Assembly: GCA_049512935.1 (NCBI GenBank)
Contig: JBEKWR010000003.1
Location: forward strand, 43,717 to 107,716
Reading direction: 5' to 3'
DNA from: Candidatus Bathyarchaeia archaeon
GTDB lineage: Archaea > Thermoproteota > Bathyarchaeia > Bathyarchaeales > Bathycorpusculaceae
DNA: 64,000 nucleotides
In this document: positions 1 through 8,722 of the stretch, piece by piece
Numbering within the stretch: the first letter of the stretch is position 1
How the letters are laid out: each line of letters opens with the position of its first letter
The notes under the pieces: model-generated
The model's database searches: none
Told to the model about the DNA's origin: nothing
The model's input: the letters and a program-made list of their open reading frames with translations, nothing else
Position numbers and translations under genes: made by a program

Positions 1-22
1 CGTAATTCCCGCAAGTACTCAC

Positions 23-661
23 GTGGTTCCTTCTCCGTTTTTTGTAATCAATTTTCTTGTACATTATGGGGTGGGATGGTACTTTCTGGTTGCAACAGTT
101 TTCTCCTTGATTTTGGTTCTGTCGCTTAAAAATTATTTTTCTAAAGTAATTATTGTTGATTTAGTATGCGTGGCGACAATTGCTTTTATTTTAAGCGTTA
201 ATGTTGTTATGGGCGCAGTTTTCAAGCTTAATGTGCCATATTTTAGCGCCATTAAATATGATTACCAAGCTTTGCCATTTCTTGTTTTATTAGTAGCGTC
301 GTTAACAACAAAGAGCCTCGCAGCGTTTAGAGCAGCAAAATCAACTGTGCATCTGAAAAAACTTATGTTTTATTTGGCTGCTATAGCAGCGGTGATACTG
401 CTTGCTGCATCGTTGATTTCAAGCATGTTTTACACAAATGCGGTTTCCACACTCAGTTACCTGCAGTACAGAGTGGAGCCGCAAGTTAATTACGGATATG
501 CACTCTCGACCCCTAACCCGTTAACGGCTAGCAGCCCGTTAATGGCGCTTCAATATTTGGGCTTCGCAGTTGCGTTATCTGGACTTTTGTTTGGACTATT
601 TTGCGTGACTAGGCATAAGATTCGGTGGTTATTCAAGCGAGAAAACGCTCAAAAGGCTTAA
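23..661 (+). CDS. C-terminal part of a multi-pass membrane protein, possibly ArnT/PMT-like glycosyltransferase; probably starts before the window
   Basis: Several hydrophobic helices; ORF begins at window edge; no diagnostic motif visible. Confidence 0.45.
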   Translation: MVPSPFFVINFLVHYGVGWYFLVATVFSLILVLSLKNYFSKVIIVDLVCVATIAFILSVNVVMGAVFKLNVPYFSAIKYDYQALPFLVLLVASLTTKSLAAFRAAKSTVHLKKLMFYLAAIAAVILLAASLISSMFYTNAVSTLSYLQYRVEPQVNYGYALSTPNPLTASSPLMALQYLGFAVALSGLLFGLFCVTRHKIRWLFKRENAQKA

Positions 662-794
662 TCTATATTTTAAAATAAGTTACTCAGCGGCAGACCTTAA
701 CCCTTGAAAAGTCATAGTCACCGCTCTCTCTAAAATCCAAGCGTAAGCATGACCAGAGCACGTAATGAAAAACTAAGGCACCAAAGCTGGACTA

Positions 795-826
795 TGAAGC
801 TGGGGGGAATGGGAATTGAACCCATA
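795..826 (-). repeat. Degenerate copy of tRNA-Cys 3' end (att-like scar)
   Basis: tgaagctggggggaatgggaattgaacccata vs tRNA tggagctggggatgggaattgaacccata: one substitution plus 3 inserted nt. Confidence 0.7.
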
Positions 827-844
827 ACCGTCAAGGATGCGAGT

Positions 845-1240
845 CTATTTAATGTCGTCTAACGTGGAAACGTTTGCCACTGTTGTTATTTTTTTGATTA
901 GCCGCAGGTCTTCCGTTATCAGTTTTAGTTCTTTTGCCTTAGCAAAATAAACGTATGAAGCGTCATAAAAAGTAATTTTTAGCTTGATTGCAGTATCTAA
1001 TATTTCCTCTTCGCTGTCGGTTATTTCTATTACATTCATTATGTTTAAGGTGTGCTTGATTGACTTTGCCAGCATTTTTGCTTCTTGCTCTGAAACCTTT
1101 GCTTGTAAGGCATAATCTTTCCATATGATGTTTCCCAGTTCGTATCTCGCTAGTTCTAATGTGTAGTTTCCAGTCAAAAAATCAATTTTGTTTTCTTTAA
1201 TTGCTCTAAATATGGCTGATGAATCAAAAAGACACTTCAT
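845..1240 (-). CDS. vapC: PIN-domain toxin (VapC-like)
   Basis: N-terminal LFDSSA motif, later E, and TFYDASY...LITED acidic tetrad; overlaps the upstream small gene by 4 nt. Confidence 0.85.
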   Translation of the reverse strand: MKCLFDSSAIFRAIKENKIDFLTGNYTLELARYELGNIIWKDYALQAKVSEQEAKMLAKSIKHTLNIMNVIEITDSEEEILDTAIKLKITFYDASYVYFAKAKELKLITEDLRLIKKITTVANVSTLDDIK

Positions 1241-1479
1241 CGGCTATCACGGTCTTCTCTTATGCTTTTCACTACATCTTCAACGCTGATTTTCTCAAGT
1301 ATCGGCTTTAGCCTCTCTATCTCTTCTTTTAGCTCTTCTACCTCTCTTTTTTTCACTTCATCTTCAAGGGCTTTTCGCAGAATCTTAGACGGCTTGATTT
1401 TGAACTTCTGAATTTTTTCTTTGAGTTGCTTGGGGATTTTTGTAGAAACTGTACATTGCTGCACCATTATTCTCACCAC
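1237..1479 (-). CDS. Ribbon-helix-helix antitoxin (VapB-like)
   Basis: 80 aa, TVSTKIP beta strand then helices, ends VVKSIREDRDSR as in archaeal VapB; coupled to PIN gene. Confidence 0.75.
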   Translation of the reverse strand: MVRIMVQQCTVSTKIPKQLKEKIQKFKIKPSKILRKALEDEVKKREVEELKEEIERLKPILEKISVEDVVKSIREDRDSR

Positions 1480-1542
1480 AAATTACTACTTTAAAGTAAG
1501 ATAAAACAGTTTCCGTAATATGCATAGAAAAAAAGTAACGTA

Positions 1543-1565
1543 TGGAGCTGGGGATGGGAATTGAA
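1543..1565 (-). repeat. 23-bp exact copy of tRNA-Cys 3' end (att-like)
   Basis: tggagctggggatgggaattgaa identical to 3069-3091. Confidence 0.85.
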
Positions 1566-1569
1566 ACAG

Positions 1570-1685
1570 GTTTTTTTATGCCTTCTATAGATTAGCAAAC
1601 CCGCGCTTATGCCAATAACTAATGCCGCCGTTAAAGCAATAGCCGTGATTACTGGAGTTAAAACTAGTTTGGCTAACGGGCGCAA
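1570..1685 (-). pseudogene. Fragment encoding a C-terminal membrane anchor of a surface protein
   Basis: TPVITAIALTAALVIGISAGLLIYRRHKK is a hydrophobic helix plus basic tail; reading frame runs into the att repeat; no upstream body. Confidence 0.4.
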
Positions 1686-2030
1686 GATGCACGATTATTT
1701 TTATTTAACCGCTTGCATTAGAGCATGCTGCCTGTGAAGATAAACACGTCAGTCGGAGAAAGGATTGGTAGTCCTATCGATGATGTCAGTTAACGAATTC
1801 TGAGGCACACGAAAACAATAAACAAAGAGCGCCTTGACTTGATCAGCAATTCACAGAAAATTGAAAGCCGAATGAATCAGATTCTCTGTGAGAAACTCGG
1901 TTAAGAATGTTGTATAAACTGGTAATGCCATGGATGGTCCAATCCTCGAATTCTCTTAATAAATGTCTCAGAAGTGCATTCCCCTAATATGCTGTCTAAG
2001 TTAGAGTTGAAACTCGATGTTTGCAGACGT

Positions 2031-2075
2031 TGGAGCTGGGGATGGGAATTGAACCCATATATAACAGCTCTGCAG
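2031..2075 (-). repeat. 45-bp exact copy of tRNA-Cys 3' half (attR-like)
   Basis: Identical to 3069-3113; begins at the anticodon loop. Confidence 0.95.
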
Positions 2076-2142
2076 ACGCTACAATAAAACAAGAGAGATT
2101 AGCATATACGCAGGTGTTAACAACAAATATCCCAGAGCTCGG

Positions 2143-2628
2143 ATGAACATGAAACCCGTACGGCAAGTTTATCTTGATACAAATATTTACTGTCGCCCGC
2201 TGGATGATCAAAAAGATAGACGCATCAATGCCGAAACCCAAGCCTTGCTGAAAATTGTTGATGCGAATGAAAAAGGAGAAATAGCGATAATAAGCTCGGA
2301 ATATGTGAAGTTTGAAATCGAGAAAGTAAAATACCCGCTAAAAAGGAAAAATATCCGAGGCTTCGAGAAAATCCTAAGCAAAGCCAACGTAACTAGCAGT
2401 AAAAGACTAATCACACTAGCCAAAGAAATCAACGCGAAATGCAACCTCAATTCCTTAGACGCCCTCCACTTGGCAGCAGCCTGCACAGGCAAAGCAAATT
2501 TTTTTCTAACCTGCGATGATGAAATTTTAAACGACAGAAATTGTATTGAAACATTAGTGGCAAATAAAGGGTATGAGTTAAAAGTTAGGAATCCAATAAA
2601 TTATATAAGAGAACATGAGGAAGAGTGA
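2143..2628 (+). CDS. PIN-domain protein (toxin-like)
   Basis: VYLDTNIYCRPLDD, E, LDALHLAAA, FLTCDD PIN motifs. Confidence 0.85.
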   Translation: MNMKPVRQVYLDTNIYCRPLDDQKDRRINAETQALLKIVDANEKGEIAIISSEYVKFEIEKVKYPLKRKNIRGFEKILSKANVTSSKRLITLAKEINAKCNLNSLDALHLAAACTGKANFFLTCDDEILNDRNCIETLVANKGYELKVRNPINYIREHEEE

Positions 2629-2857
2629 CATAAGAATGACTACGTCGCATATAGCCACTGTGGAAGTCCCCTTTGAAGCCCTAGCCAAAGAGCTTGGAAC
2701 AAAAAGAGCAATAGAGTTCATCAGCGAAATAAAAGAGTGCTATGGCGACTCTGTTGTTGAATTAAGAAAAGCCACCGAAACACTTACCATTGAACAAATA
2801 GAAGAAGAAATAAAAAAATCTAAAAAAGCAAAAATCGATAATTTTGAAAAAGAGTAA
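2615..2857 (+). CDS. Putative antitoxin downstream of the PIN gene
   Basis: 80 aa, overlaps PIN stop; EALAKELG..AIEFI...YGD pattern of small PIN partners. Confidence 0.6.
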   Translation: MRKSDIRMTTSHIATVEVPFEALAKELGTKRAIEFISEIKECYGDSVVELRKATETLTIEQIEEEIKKSKKAKIDNFEKE

Positions 2858-3068
2858 CTTACCACTTTAAATTTTGTTGTTAGTAGTCAAGAAATTTTTA
2901 GCGAATTTCTGACCTCTTACTTCCAATTTCCTGCCCTAAAAACGCTCTGTACAAATAAAATTTTAATTGCTTTATTATTTATGTTCAATGAAGCATTCCT
3001 CAGCAAAACGTTTGTCACGCAAAAAATGAAAGCTGCCCAAAGAGTTTGAAGCTCCAAACTTTATGCAG

Positions 3069-3144
3069 TGGAGCTGGGGATGGGAATTGAACCCATATAT
3101 AACAGCTCTGCAGGCTGTCGCCTGAACCATTCGGCCACCCCAGC
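3069..3144 (-). tRNA. tRNA-Cys(GCA), CCA encoded, no intron
   Basis: Acceptor GCTGGGG/CCCCAGC, discriminator T, anticodon arm ACAGC-CTGCAGA-GCTGT, T arm ATGGG-TTCAATT-CCCAT. Confidence 0.97.
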
Positions 3145-3236
3145 ATCCTAAGTCTAGGATTTTGTCTCACATAAAAGTATTGTTGGCTTGGTTCGGTTTT
3201 TTGTTGTTAACGCTAACTTGCTTTTAGCATGGGTTG

Positions 3237-3599
3237 CTATTTCTTGAACGCTAACCCTGAGAAGAGCGCCACCATCTTTTCTCCGCTCTTCACCGTGACC
3301 TGGTAGAGACCCGTCGTTTTTCCGTCGGAAACCCGCGTTGCCTCCGCCACTAAAACGTCGCCTTCAACCGACGGTCTCAAGTAGTTGATGCTTACCTGTA
3401 CCGCGACTGCGACGTTGTCGCCGTAGTTGCATGCGTGTGCGAAGGCGTAGTCCGCCAGCGAGAAGACTGCGCCGCCGTGCGTGAAGCCAAGCGCGTTGGT
3501 GTGGTTTTTCTCAACTTTCATGCATACCCGTGCGTAGCCGTCTCTGGATTCTTCAAGGTGAATGCCGAGTGCTTCTGCAAAATGGTCTTTTCCCTTCAT
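3237..3599 (-). CDS. paaI: PaaI-family hotdog thioesterase
   Basis: HTNALGFTHGGAVFSLAD motif; lies beside paaK/ior genes. Confidence 0.85.
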   Translation of the reverse strand: MKGKDHFAEALGIHLEESRDGYARVCMKVEKNHTNALGFTHGGAVFSLADYAFAHACNYGDNVAVAVQVSINYLRPSVEGDVLVAEATRVSDGKTTGLYQVTVKSGEKMVALFSGLAFKK

Positions 3600-3955
3600 G
3601 CCTGTGCGCCCATGAACCGTGCATATAGCGCGTTACTCTAAATAAAACTAGCTGTGCACACGGCGGCTGCCTCCCTGTTCCCAGACGTGCCTATCCAAGA
3701 AAAACGCGCTTGGACGCCTGTATTTGGGTCCTGCAGATGCGCCCAAAAGGCGTTTTGTGCAGAATTGCCCGTTTTTCCTTGAAGAGTCAGCTGCAAAAAA
3801 CCATGAATTAAGCCCTAAAGCTAAAAAGCAGTCTGAAACAAGCCCTGATTGTACGAGAAAGTGGAGGGAAACAGGTATCAATGGGTTTATACCTGAAAAA
3901 TTGGCTGAAAGTTTGTTTTTCGCGTCGGAGAACACGGATTTGATCTGCTTGGTTT

Positions 3956-3985
3956 AGGCTCTAAACCAAAAAAGCAACATGAATC
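3956..3985 (-). repeat. Dispersed intergenic element, copy 1
   Basis: 25/30 identity to the reverse complement of the 8504-8540 copy; core GCTTTTTTGGTTTAG. Confidence 0.55.
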
Positions 3986-4186
3986 AAGCCCTGACCTACC
4001 AGATAGGGAGGGGGGAGGGGGTCTAGTATTTGTGACCAAAAACCAACACAAAAAAGACGTATGTTGACTCTCAGCTTAATTAAACCCATTATTGCGACCC
4101 TATAGGGTAGGCTACTATTTGTGACAAAATTCCATCACAAAAAGCGCTTCAACCACCGGCATCCTACGACAAAACCGCAGCCCAAA

Positions 4187-4777
4187 TCAGCCTTGCAGGA
4201 CGCTGTCTCTGCCCTGCTGGAAGGCTTTGAGGTTTATGTTGATGTATTTTTCTTTAAGCCTGCCCGCGATGGCCCTCTGAAACGACTCCGCATTAACAGG
4301 AACCTCGGGAAGGGCAGAGAGCGCGCCGAGCAGAACGGTGTTCACCACAAGCGGGTTCCCAAGCTTTGCAGCTATGCCTGCCCCGTCAACCTCATGAACC
4401 CTCGCCTTATCCCTCAGAATCTGCATCAACTCCCCCATCTTCTTAGGCCTCACAGCTGAGCCGACAACGCACGGCGGAATATACTTCGTGTTCACAACAA
4501 CATCGCCGCCTCGCCTAAGCATCGGCAGCGCCCTCGCCGTCTCAAGAACCTCAAAACCCACCAGAACATCCGCCCGCCCAGCCTCAATCAGCGGCGACTC
4601 AACCTTATCACCGATCCTCGCGTAAGCCACGATCGAACCGCCCCGCTGAGCCATCCCGTGAACTTCAGCCTTGGCAACGTCGAAACCGTCCAGTATCGCC
4701 GCTTCACAGTAGATGTCGCTTAGGACCACGACTCCCTGTCCGCCGACACCGCTGAAAACCATGTCAAGCCGCCTCAC
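4187..4777 (-). CDS. iorB: Indolepyruvate:ferredoxin oxidoreductase beta subunit
   Basis: GVGGQG, EVHGMAQRGGS motifs; GTG start at 4777 overlaps iorA stop (GTGA) with GGAGG upstream. Confidence 0.9.
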   Translation of the reverse strand: MRRLDMVFSGVGGQGVVVLSDIYCEAAILDGFDVAKAEVHGMAQRGGSIVAYARIGDKVESPLIEAGRADVLVGFEVLETARALPMLRRGGDVVVNTKYIPPCVVGSAVRPKKMGELMQILRDKARVHEVDGAGIAAKLGNPLVVNTVLLGALSALPEVPVNAESFQRAIAGRLKEKYININLKAFQQGRDSVLQG

Positions 4778-6966
4778 TTCTCCCGCCTCCTTATCGCTTG
4801 GGAGGGACAGACGACGTCGCAGACGCCGCATCCACTGCACAATGTCGCATCAACCTCAACATGACCGCTAGCCTTAGAAATGGCTGGGCAACCGAACGCT
4901 TTGATGCAGACCTCGCAATCGTTACATTTCTCCGTGACCTCTCTCGGCTCGCCCCTCTCAATCAGAAGCGGGCAAGGCCTCTTCGAAATAACAACTGAAG
5001 GACCCCTGTAATCAAAAATCTTCCTAAGAGCAGCGATCGTGCCCTCAACGTCATACGGGTCAACAACCTCAACCCTGTCTATCCCAAGACCCCTAGCAAC
5101 ATCCTCAAGCTTCAAAATCTTAGAATCCAAGCCCATAGCCGTCTTCCCCGACCCAGGCGTCGGCTGATGCCCAGTCATCGCCACTGTGCTGTTATCCAGA
5201 ATGACCACGCACACGTCAGCCCTGTTGTACACGATGTTCATCAGCCCAGGCATTCCCGCATGGAAAAACGTTGAGTCCCCGATAACCGCGAACACTTTAT
5301 CCTTCACGCCAGCATGAACCATCCCCGCAGCCTGCGAAATCCCCGCCCCCATGCACAGGCAGGTTTGAACCGCGTTGACAGGCGGCAGAACACCCAGCGT
5401 GTAGCAACCGATGTCGCCCGTCACGATCTTGTCGCTTGAATTCCCCGCCAAGCTCAAAGCTCCCTCAGGGCAGAAACCGACACATTTCGGGTCACCACCG
5501 CACATGTCGCAAATCATGGCTTTATGCGTGCCAGGATTCACCGTGATTGCCCCGTACTCGCAGGCTTCAATGCACCAAGGGCAACCCTTGCACTTCTCAT
5601 CGTCAACCAGCAGCGCACCAGTTTCAGGTGATCGCCCTATTGCTTTTTCAGGACAAGCCTTGATGCACGCGGCGTCAACGCAGGCTTTGCAAGTTATCGC
5701 CGTGTTGAAAGTCTGACCGATCCTCACCGACCGTATTCGAGATTTAAGCGGGTTGAAGACTCTCTCTTTCTCAAAAGAGCAAGCGTACTCGCAGATGCTG
5801 CAGCCCACGCATTTATCGTTGTCACAGCTAACATGCTGATTAACCATGTTCAACGCATAGTAAAACGCCCTGTGGGGACAGCCTGGACAAAGCGTCGGCG
5901 GCCTCGGCTGCAAATCCAAAACCTCCGGTGCCTCCGCCTTGTCAGCCAATCTTAAACTTGCGAAGGCTTGGCGTACTTTATCGGGCGTTAACTCGCCAAT
6001 TTCCTCCAAACCCAGCTCGTTCTTTCCCAGGAACTGCAAACCTAACCCGCGGATGTTCTCCTCCAAATAAGGCCTCAGCTCCTCAACTACTATGAGCTTC
6101 TTAACTTTGAGCGCAAATCTTTCAACAATTTCCTTAGGAAAAGGATAAACAAGACCCAGCTTCAACCAAGAAAACTTTTTCGTATCAAGCACCGATCGAG
6201 CATAGTAGTAACCAACACCGCTTCCTACAATTCCAATCTCGCTCGCATTGTCTTCAATCACGTTAAACTTCGAATGATTGACAAGCGTCTTTGCCTCTGC
6301 CATCTTTACCTCCAAAACTCTACGCTGCCGAATAGCGTTTGCCGGCACCATCACCCATTTTGAACCTTGCTTATCAAAATCGGCCTTGCGACTCAAGTTG
6401 TGCATCCGCCCGAGTTTCACCCTGGCTTTCCCATGAGCCACCCGCGTCGTCAAACGCAATATGACCGGCAAGTGCAGTTTTTCACTTAATTCAAACGCCT
6501 CTCTAGCCATATCCAAGGCTTCCTGAGGGTTACCTGCATCCAGCAAAGGCAACTTCGAATGAACCGCAAAGTATCTTGTATCCTGCTCATTTTGGCTGCT
6601 ATGCAATGACGGGTCGTCGCACACGGCGATAACCATTCCACCCTCGATGCCCGTGTACGCCAACGTCATAGCAGCGTCAGCAGCAACATTTAACCCAACA
6701 TGCTTCATAGAAACAATAGAGCGAACCCCCGCCATCGAAGCACCCGCAGCCACCTCCGTCGCAACAACCTCGTTGGTGCTCCATTCGGCGTAAACGCCAA
6801 ATTCTTTTGAAACCTCGGCGAGCGTTTCCAAAATTTCAGTGGCAGGTGTTCCAGGGTAGGAAGCTGCGACCTTGACGGTTGCTTCAATCGCGCCTCGCGC
6901 CACTGCCTCATCGCCGTTAAGCAAAGCAAAGAAGCCTGGCTTATCTGCCGCAATTTTGGAAGTCAT
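4774..6966 (-). CDS. iorA: Indolepyruvate:ferredoxin oxidoreductase alpha subunit with inserted polyferredoxin domain
   Basis: GDEAVARG, YPGTP, MKHVGLNVAAD, CPGCPH, GDIGC, GDSTFFH motifs; C-terminal ferredoxin; extra 16-Cys block. Confidence 0.92.
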   Translation of the reverse strand: MTSKIAADKPGFFALLNGDEAVARGAIEATVKVAASYPGTPATEILETLAEVSKEFGVYAEWSTNEVVATEVAAGASMAGVRSIVSMKHVGLNVAADAAMTLAYTGIEGGMVIAVCDDPSLHSSQNEQDTRYFAVHSKLPLLDAGNPQEALDMAREAFELSEKLHLPVILRLTTRVAHGKARVKLGRMHNLSRKADFDKQGSKWVMVPANAIRQRRVLEVKMAEAKTLVNHSKFNVIEDNASEIGIVGSGVGYYYARSVLDTKKFSWLKLGLVYPFPKEIVERFALKVKKLIVVEELRPYLEENIRGLGLQFLGKNELGLEEIGELTPDKVRQAFASLRLADKAEAPEVLDLQPRPPTLCPGCPHRAFYYALNMVNQHVSCDNDKCVGCSICEYACSFEKERVFNPLKSRIRSVRIGQTFNTAITCKACVDAACIKACPEKAIGRSPETGALLVDDEKCKGCPWCIEACEYGAITVNPGTHKAMICDMCGGDPKCVGFCPEGALSLAGNSSDKIVTGDIGCYTLGVLPPVNAVQTCLCMGAGISQAAGMVHAGVKDKVFAVIGDSTFFHAGMPGLMNIVYNRADVCVVILDNSTVAMTGHQPTPGSGKTAMGLDSKILKLEDVARGLGIDRVEVVDPYDVEGTIAALRKIFDYRGPSVVISKRPCPLLIERGEPREVTEKCNDCEVCIKAFGCPAISKASGHVEVDATLCSGCGVCDVVCPSQAIRRREK

Positions 6967-6978
6967 AGGTTTTGTCCT

Positions 6979-8298
6979 TTACATTTTGCCCTTGCGTAAG
7001 TCCAGTACTCTTTTCGCTTTTCCTTCGGTTCTCGGAAGCTCGCCCGGTTTAACGATTTCTACGTCGGCATTTATGCCCGTTACGATTTGGATTTGTTTTC
7101 CTATTCCCTTTTTCAGCGCTTCCTTGTCCATTTTCGGGTCCTTGGCGGCTTTCTCAGACAATTCAACCTTGACCGCAAACGTGTCTAATGCTCCTGGTCT
7201 ATCGACCACAATCAGGTATTGAGTAGCAAGCTCCGAGAAGCACATGACCGCAAATTCCACCTGTGATGGGAACACGTTTACTCCGCGAATAATCAGCATG
7301 TCGTCTGATCTGCCGTGAATCCGCATCATTCTGGCATGGGTACGTCCGCAGGCGCATTTTTCCGTTTCTATTTTGGAGATGTCGCGGGTTCTGTACCTCA
7401 GCATCGGAAGCCCCATCTTCGTTAAGCCTGTGAATACTAATTCGCCTTCTTCGCCTGCAGGCAAAACCTCGCCTGTTTCAGAGTCGATTGTTTCAACGAT
7501 GAAATGGTCTTCCCAAACGTGCAGTCCCTTATGCTCTGGGCATTCGACGGCGACTCCTGGACCGCAAAGCTCGGTTAACCCGTAAACGTCAAAAGCCTTA
7601 ATCCCTAAATCCGCCTCTATTCTTTCCCGAATCTTGTCAGACCATGGTTCCGCCCCAAACATCCCTATTTTGAGTTTAAGGTCTTTTCTTGGGTCAACAC
7701 CTTCCTGAACCATGGTTTCCCCAAGATAAACCGCGAAACTTGGAGTGCAAGCCAGAATCGTCACGCCTAAATCCTTCATGAGCTTGATTTGTCGCTGGGT
7801 CATTCCGCCGCTTGCTGGTACAATTTTGGCTCCGACTTTTTGGGCGCCGTAATGGAAACCGAAGCCGCCTGTGAATAAGCCGTAGCCGTATGCGATGTGT
7901 ATTGTGTCTTGTTGTCTTCCGCCTGCGGTGTAGATTGATCGTGCCATAAGCTCTTGCCAAACGTCGATGTCATGCTGGGTGTAGGCTCCGACTATCGGGT
8001 TCCCAGTTGTGCCGCTTGAGGCGTGAATCTCCACGATTTCGTCGGGTTTGGCGGCAAGCATCCCGAAGGGGTAATTCTCTTTCAAATCATTCTTGACGGT
8101 GAACGGGATCTTTTTGAGGTCGTTGAGTGTGCGGATGGTTTCGGGTTTTACGTTTGCAGCGTCAAGTTTCTTCTTGTAAAACGCGCTGTTCTCGTAACAA
8201 TGCTTTACCATTGTTTTCAACAATTTGAGTTGAAGGTTTTTCAGTTCTTTTTGAGGCATTGTTTCGATTTTTTGGTTCCAGTATGTTCCGTCTGCCAT
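6979..8298 (-). CDS. paaK: Phenylacetate-CoA ligase
   Basis: HASSGTTG, YGLTELCGPG, RYRTRD, GRSDDM adenylate-forming motifs; ATG 8298 preferred over GTG 8337. Confidence 0.9.
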   Translation of the reverse strand: MADGTYWNQKIETMPQKELKNLQLKLLKTMVKHCYENSAFYKKKLDAANVKPETIRTLNDLKKIPFTVKNDLKENYPFGMLAAKPDEIVEIHASSGTTGNPIVGAYTQHDIDVWQELMARSIYTAGGRQQDTIHIAYGYGLFTGGFGFHYGAQKVGAKIVPASGGMTQRQIKLMKDLGVTILACTPSFAVYLGETMVQEGVDPRKDLKLKIGMFGAEPWSDKIRERIEADLGIKAFDVYGLTELCGPGVAVECPEHKGLHVWEDHFIVETIDSETGEVLPAGEEGELVFTGLTKMGLPMLRYRTRDISKIETEKCACGRTHARMMRIHGRSDDMLIIRGVNVFPSQVEFAVMCFSELATQYLIVVDRPGALDTFAVKVELSEKAAKDPKMDKEALKKGIGKQIQIVTGINADVEIVKPGELPRTEGKAKRVLDLRKGKM

Positions 8299-8457
8299 TA
8301 TGCAAACCCCTTTTTCTGGGTTCTTTGAGTACACCATTTCGTTTGACTATTAGATAAAAGTTCCCCAGTTTCCTCGGTTGAAACGAATCTGCTGCATGAA
8401 GGAAAAGCTTCCGAAAAGGCGGTTTTTTCCGTTTTTTTGGCGTGAATAATTTTTTAA

Positions 8458-8606
8458 GTTGCGACTTTTGCTACGGGAAAGTTGCGACTTTCCGCCCCAG
8501 TTCTTTGTGTTTCGGGTTGCTTTTTTGGTTTGGAGCTTGAAGGCGTTTGAGCGTTGCGACTTTGGGATGGGCGGGTTGCGACTTTCAATGTTGACCCAAT
8601 GTTGAC
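8458..8606. promoter_or_regulatory. Four GTTGCGACTTT repeats in two pairs plus tandem CAATGTTGAC
   Basis: Copies at 8458, 8481, 8553, 8575; CAATGTTGAC at 8586 and 8597; in the divergent spacer between paaK and the 8723 ORF. Confidence 0.55.
8504..8540 (+). repeat. Dispersed intergenic element, copy 2
   Basis: 33/37 identity with 12628-12664, all four differences transitions. Confidence 0.65.
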
Positions 8607-8722
8607 GGCATTGTCGGATATGGGCGCGGCGGGTTTTCCCGGCGGCAAGTTTCAGAATGTTACCTGCAATTCATAATTAATATAAATATTGTAACCGCTA
8701 ATACAGCAAAGGCAAGGTTAGG

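Larger units (their letters stand above)
795..3068. mobile_element. Tandem-accreted mini-islands downstream of tRNA-Cys, each closed by a tRNA 3'-end repeat
   Basis: Repeats at 795-826, 1543-1565 and 2031-2075; AT-rich; carry PIN TA genes; no integrase ORF. Confidence 0.75.

Noticed and set aside
795-847. A separate tRNA gene (apparent CT-CGC-AT loop plus T arm on the minus strand)
   Set aside because: No pairing 5' anticodon strand, D arm or 5' acceptor; the upstream sequence is the toxin stop codon. Better explained as a degenerate tRNA-Cys end.
795-3144. CRISPR array made of the GGAGCTGGGGATGGGAATTGAA repeats
   Set aside because: Spacing is 0.5-1 kb with whole genes between, and the repeat is the tRNA-Cys 3' end.
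4006-4021. G-quadruplex at GGG-A-GGGGGG-A-GGGGG
   Set aside because: Only three separated G runs; a three-tier quadruplex would need a zero-length loop.
4121-4459. 112-aa plus-strand ORF
   Set aside because: Mostly antisense to iorB, no motifs; shadow ORF.
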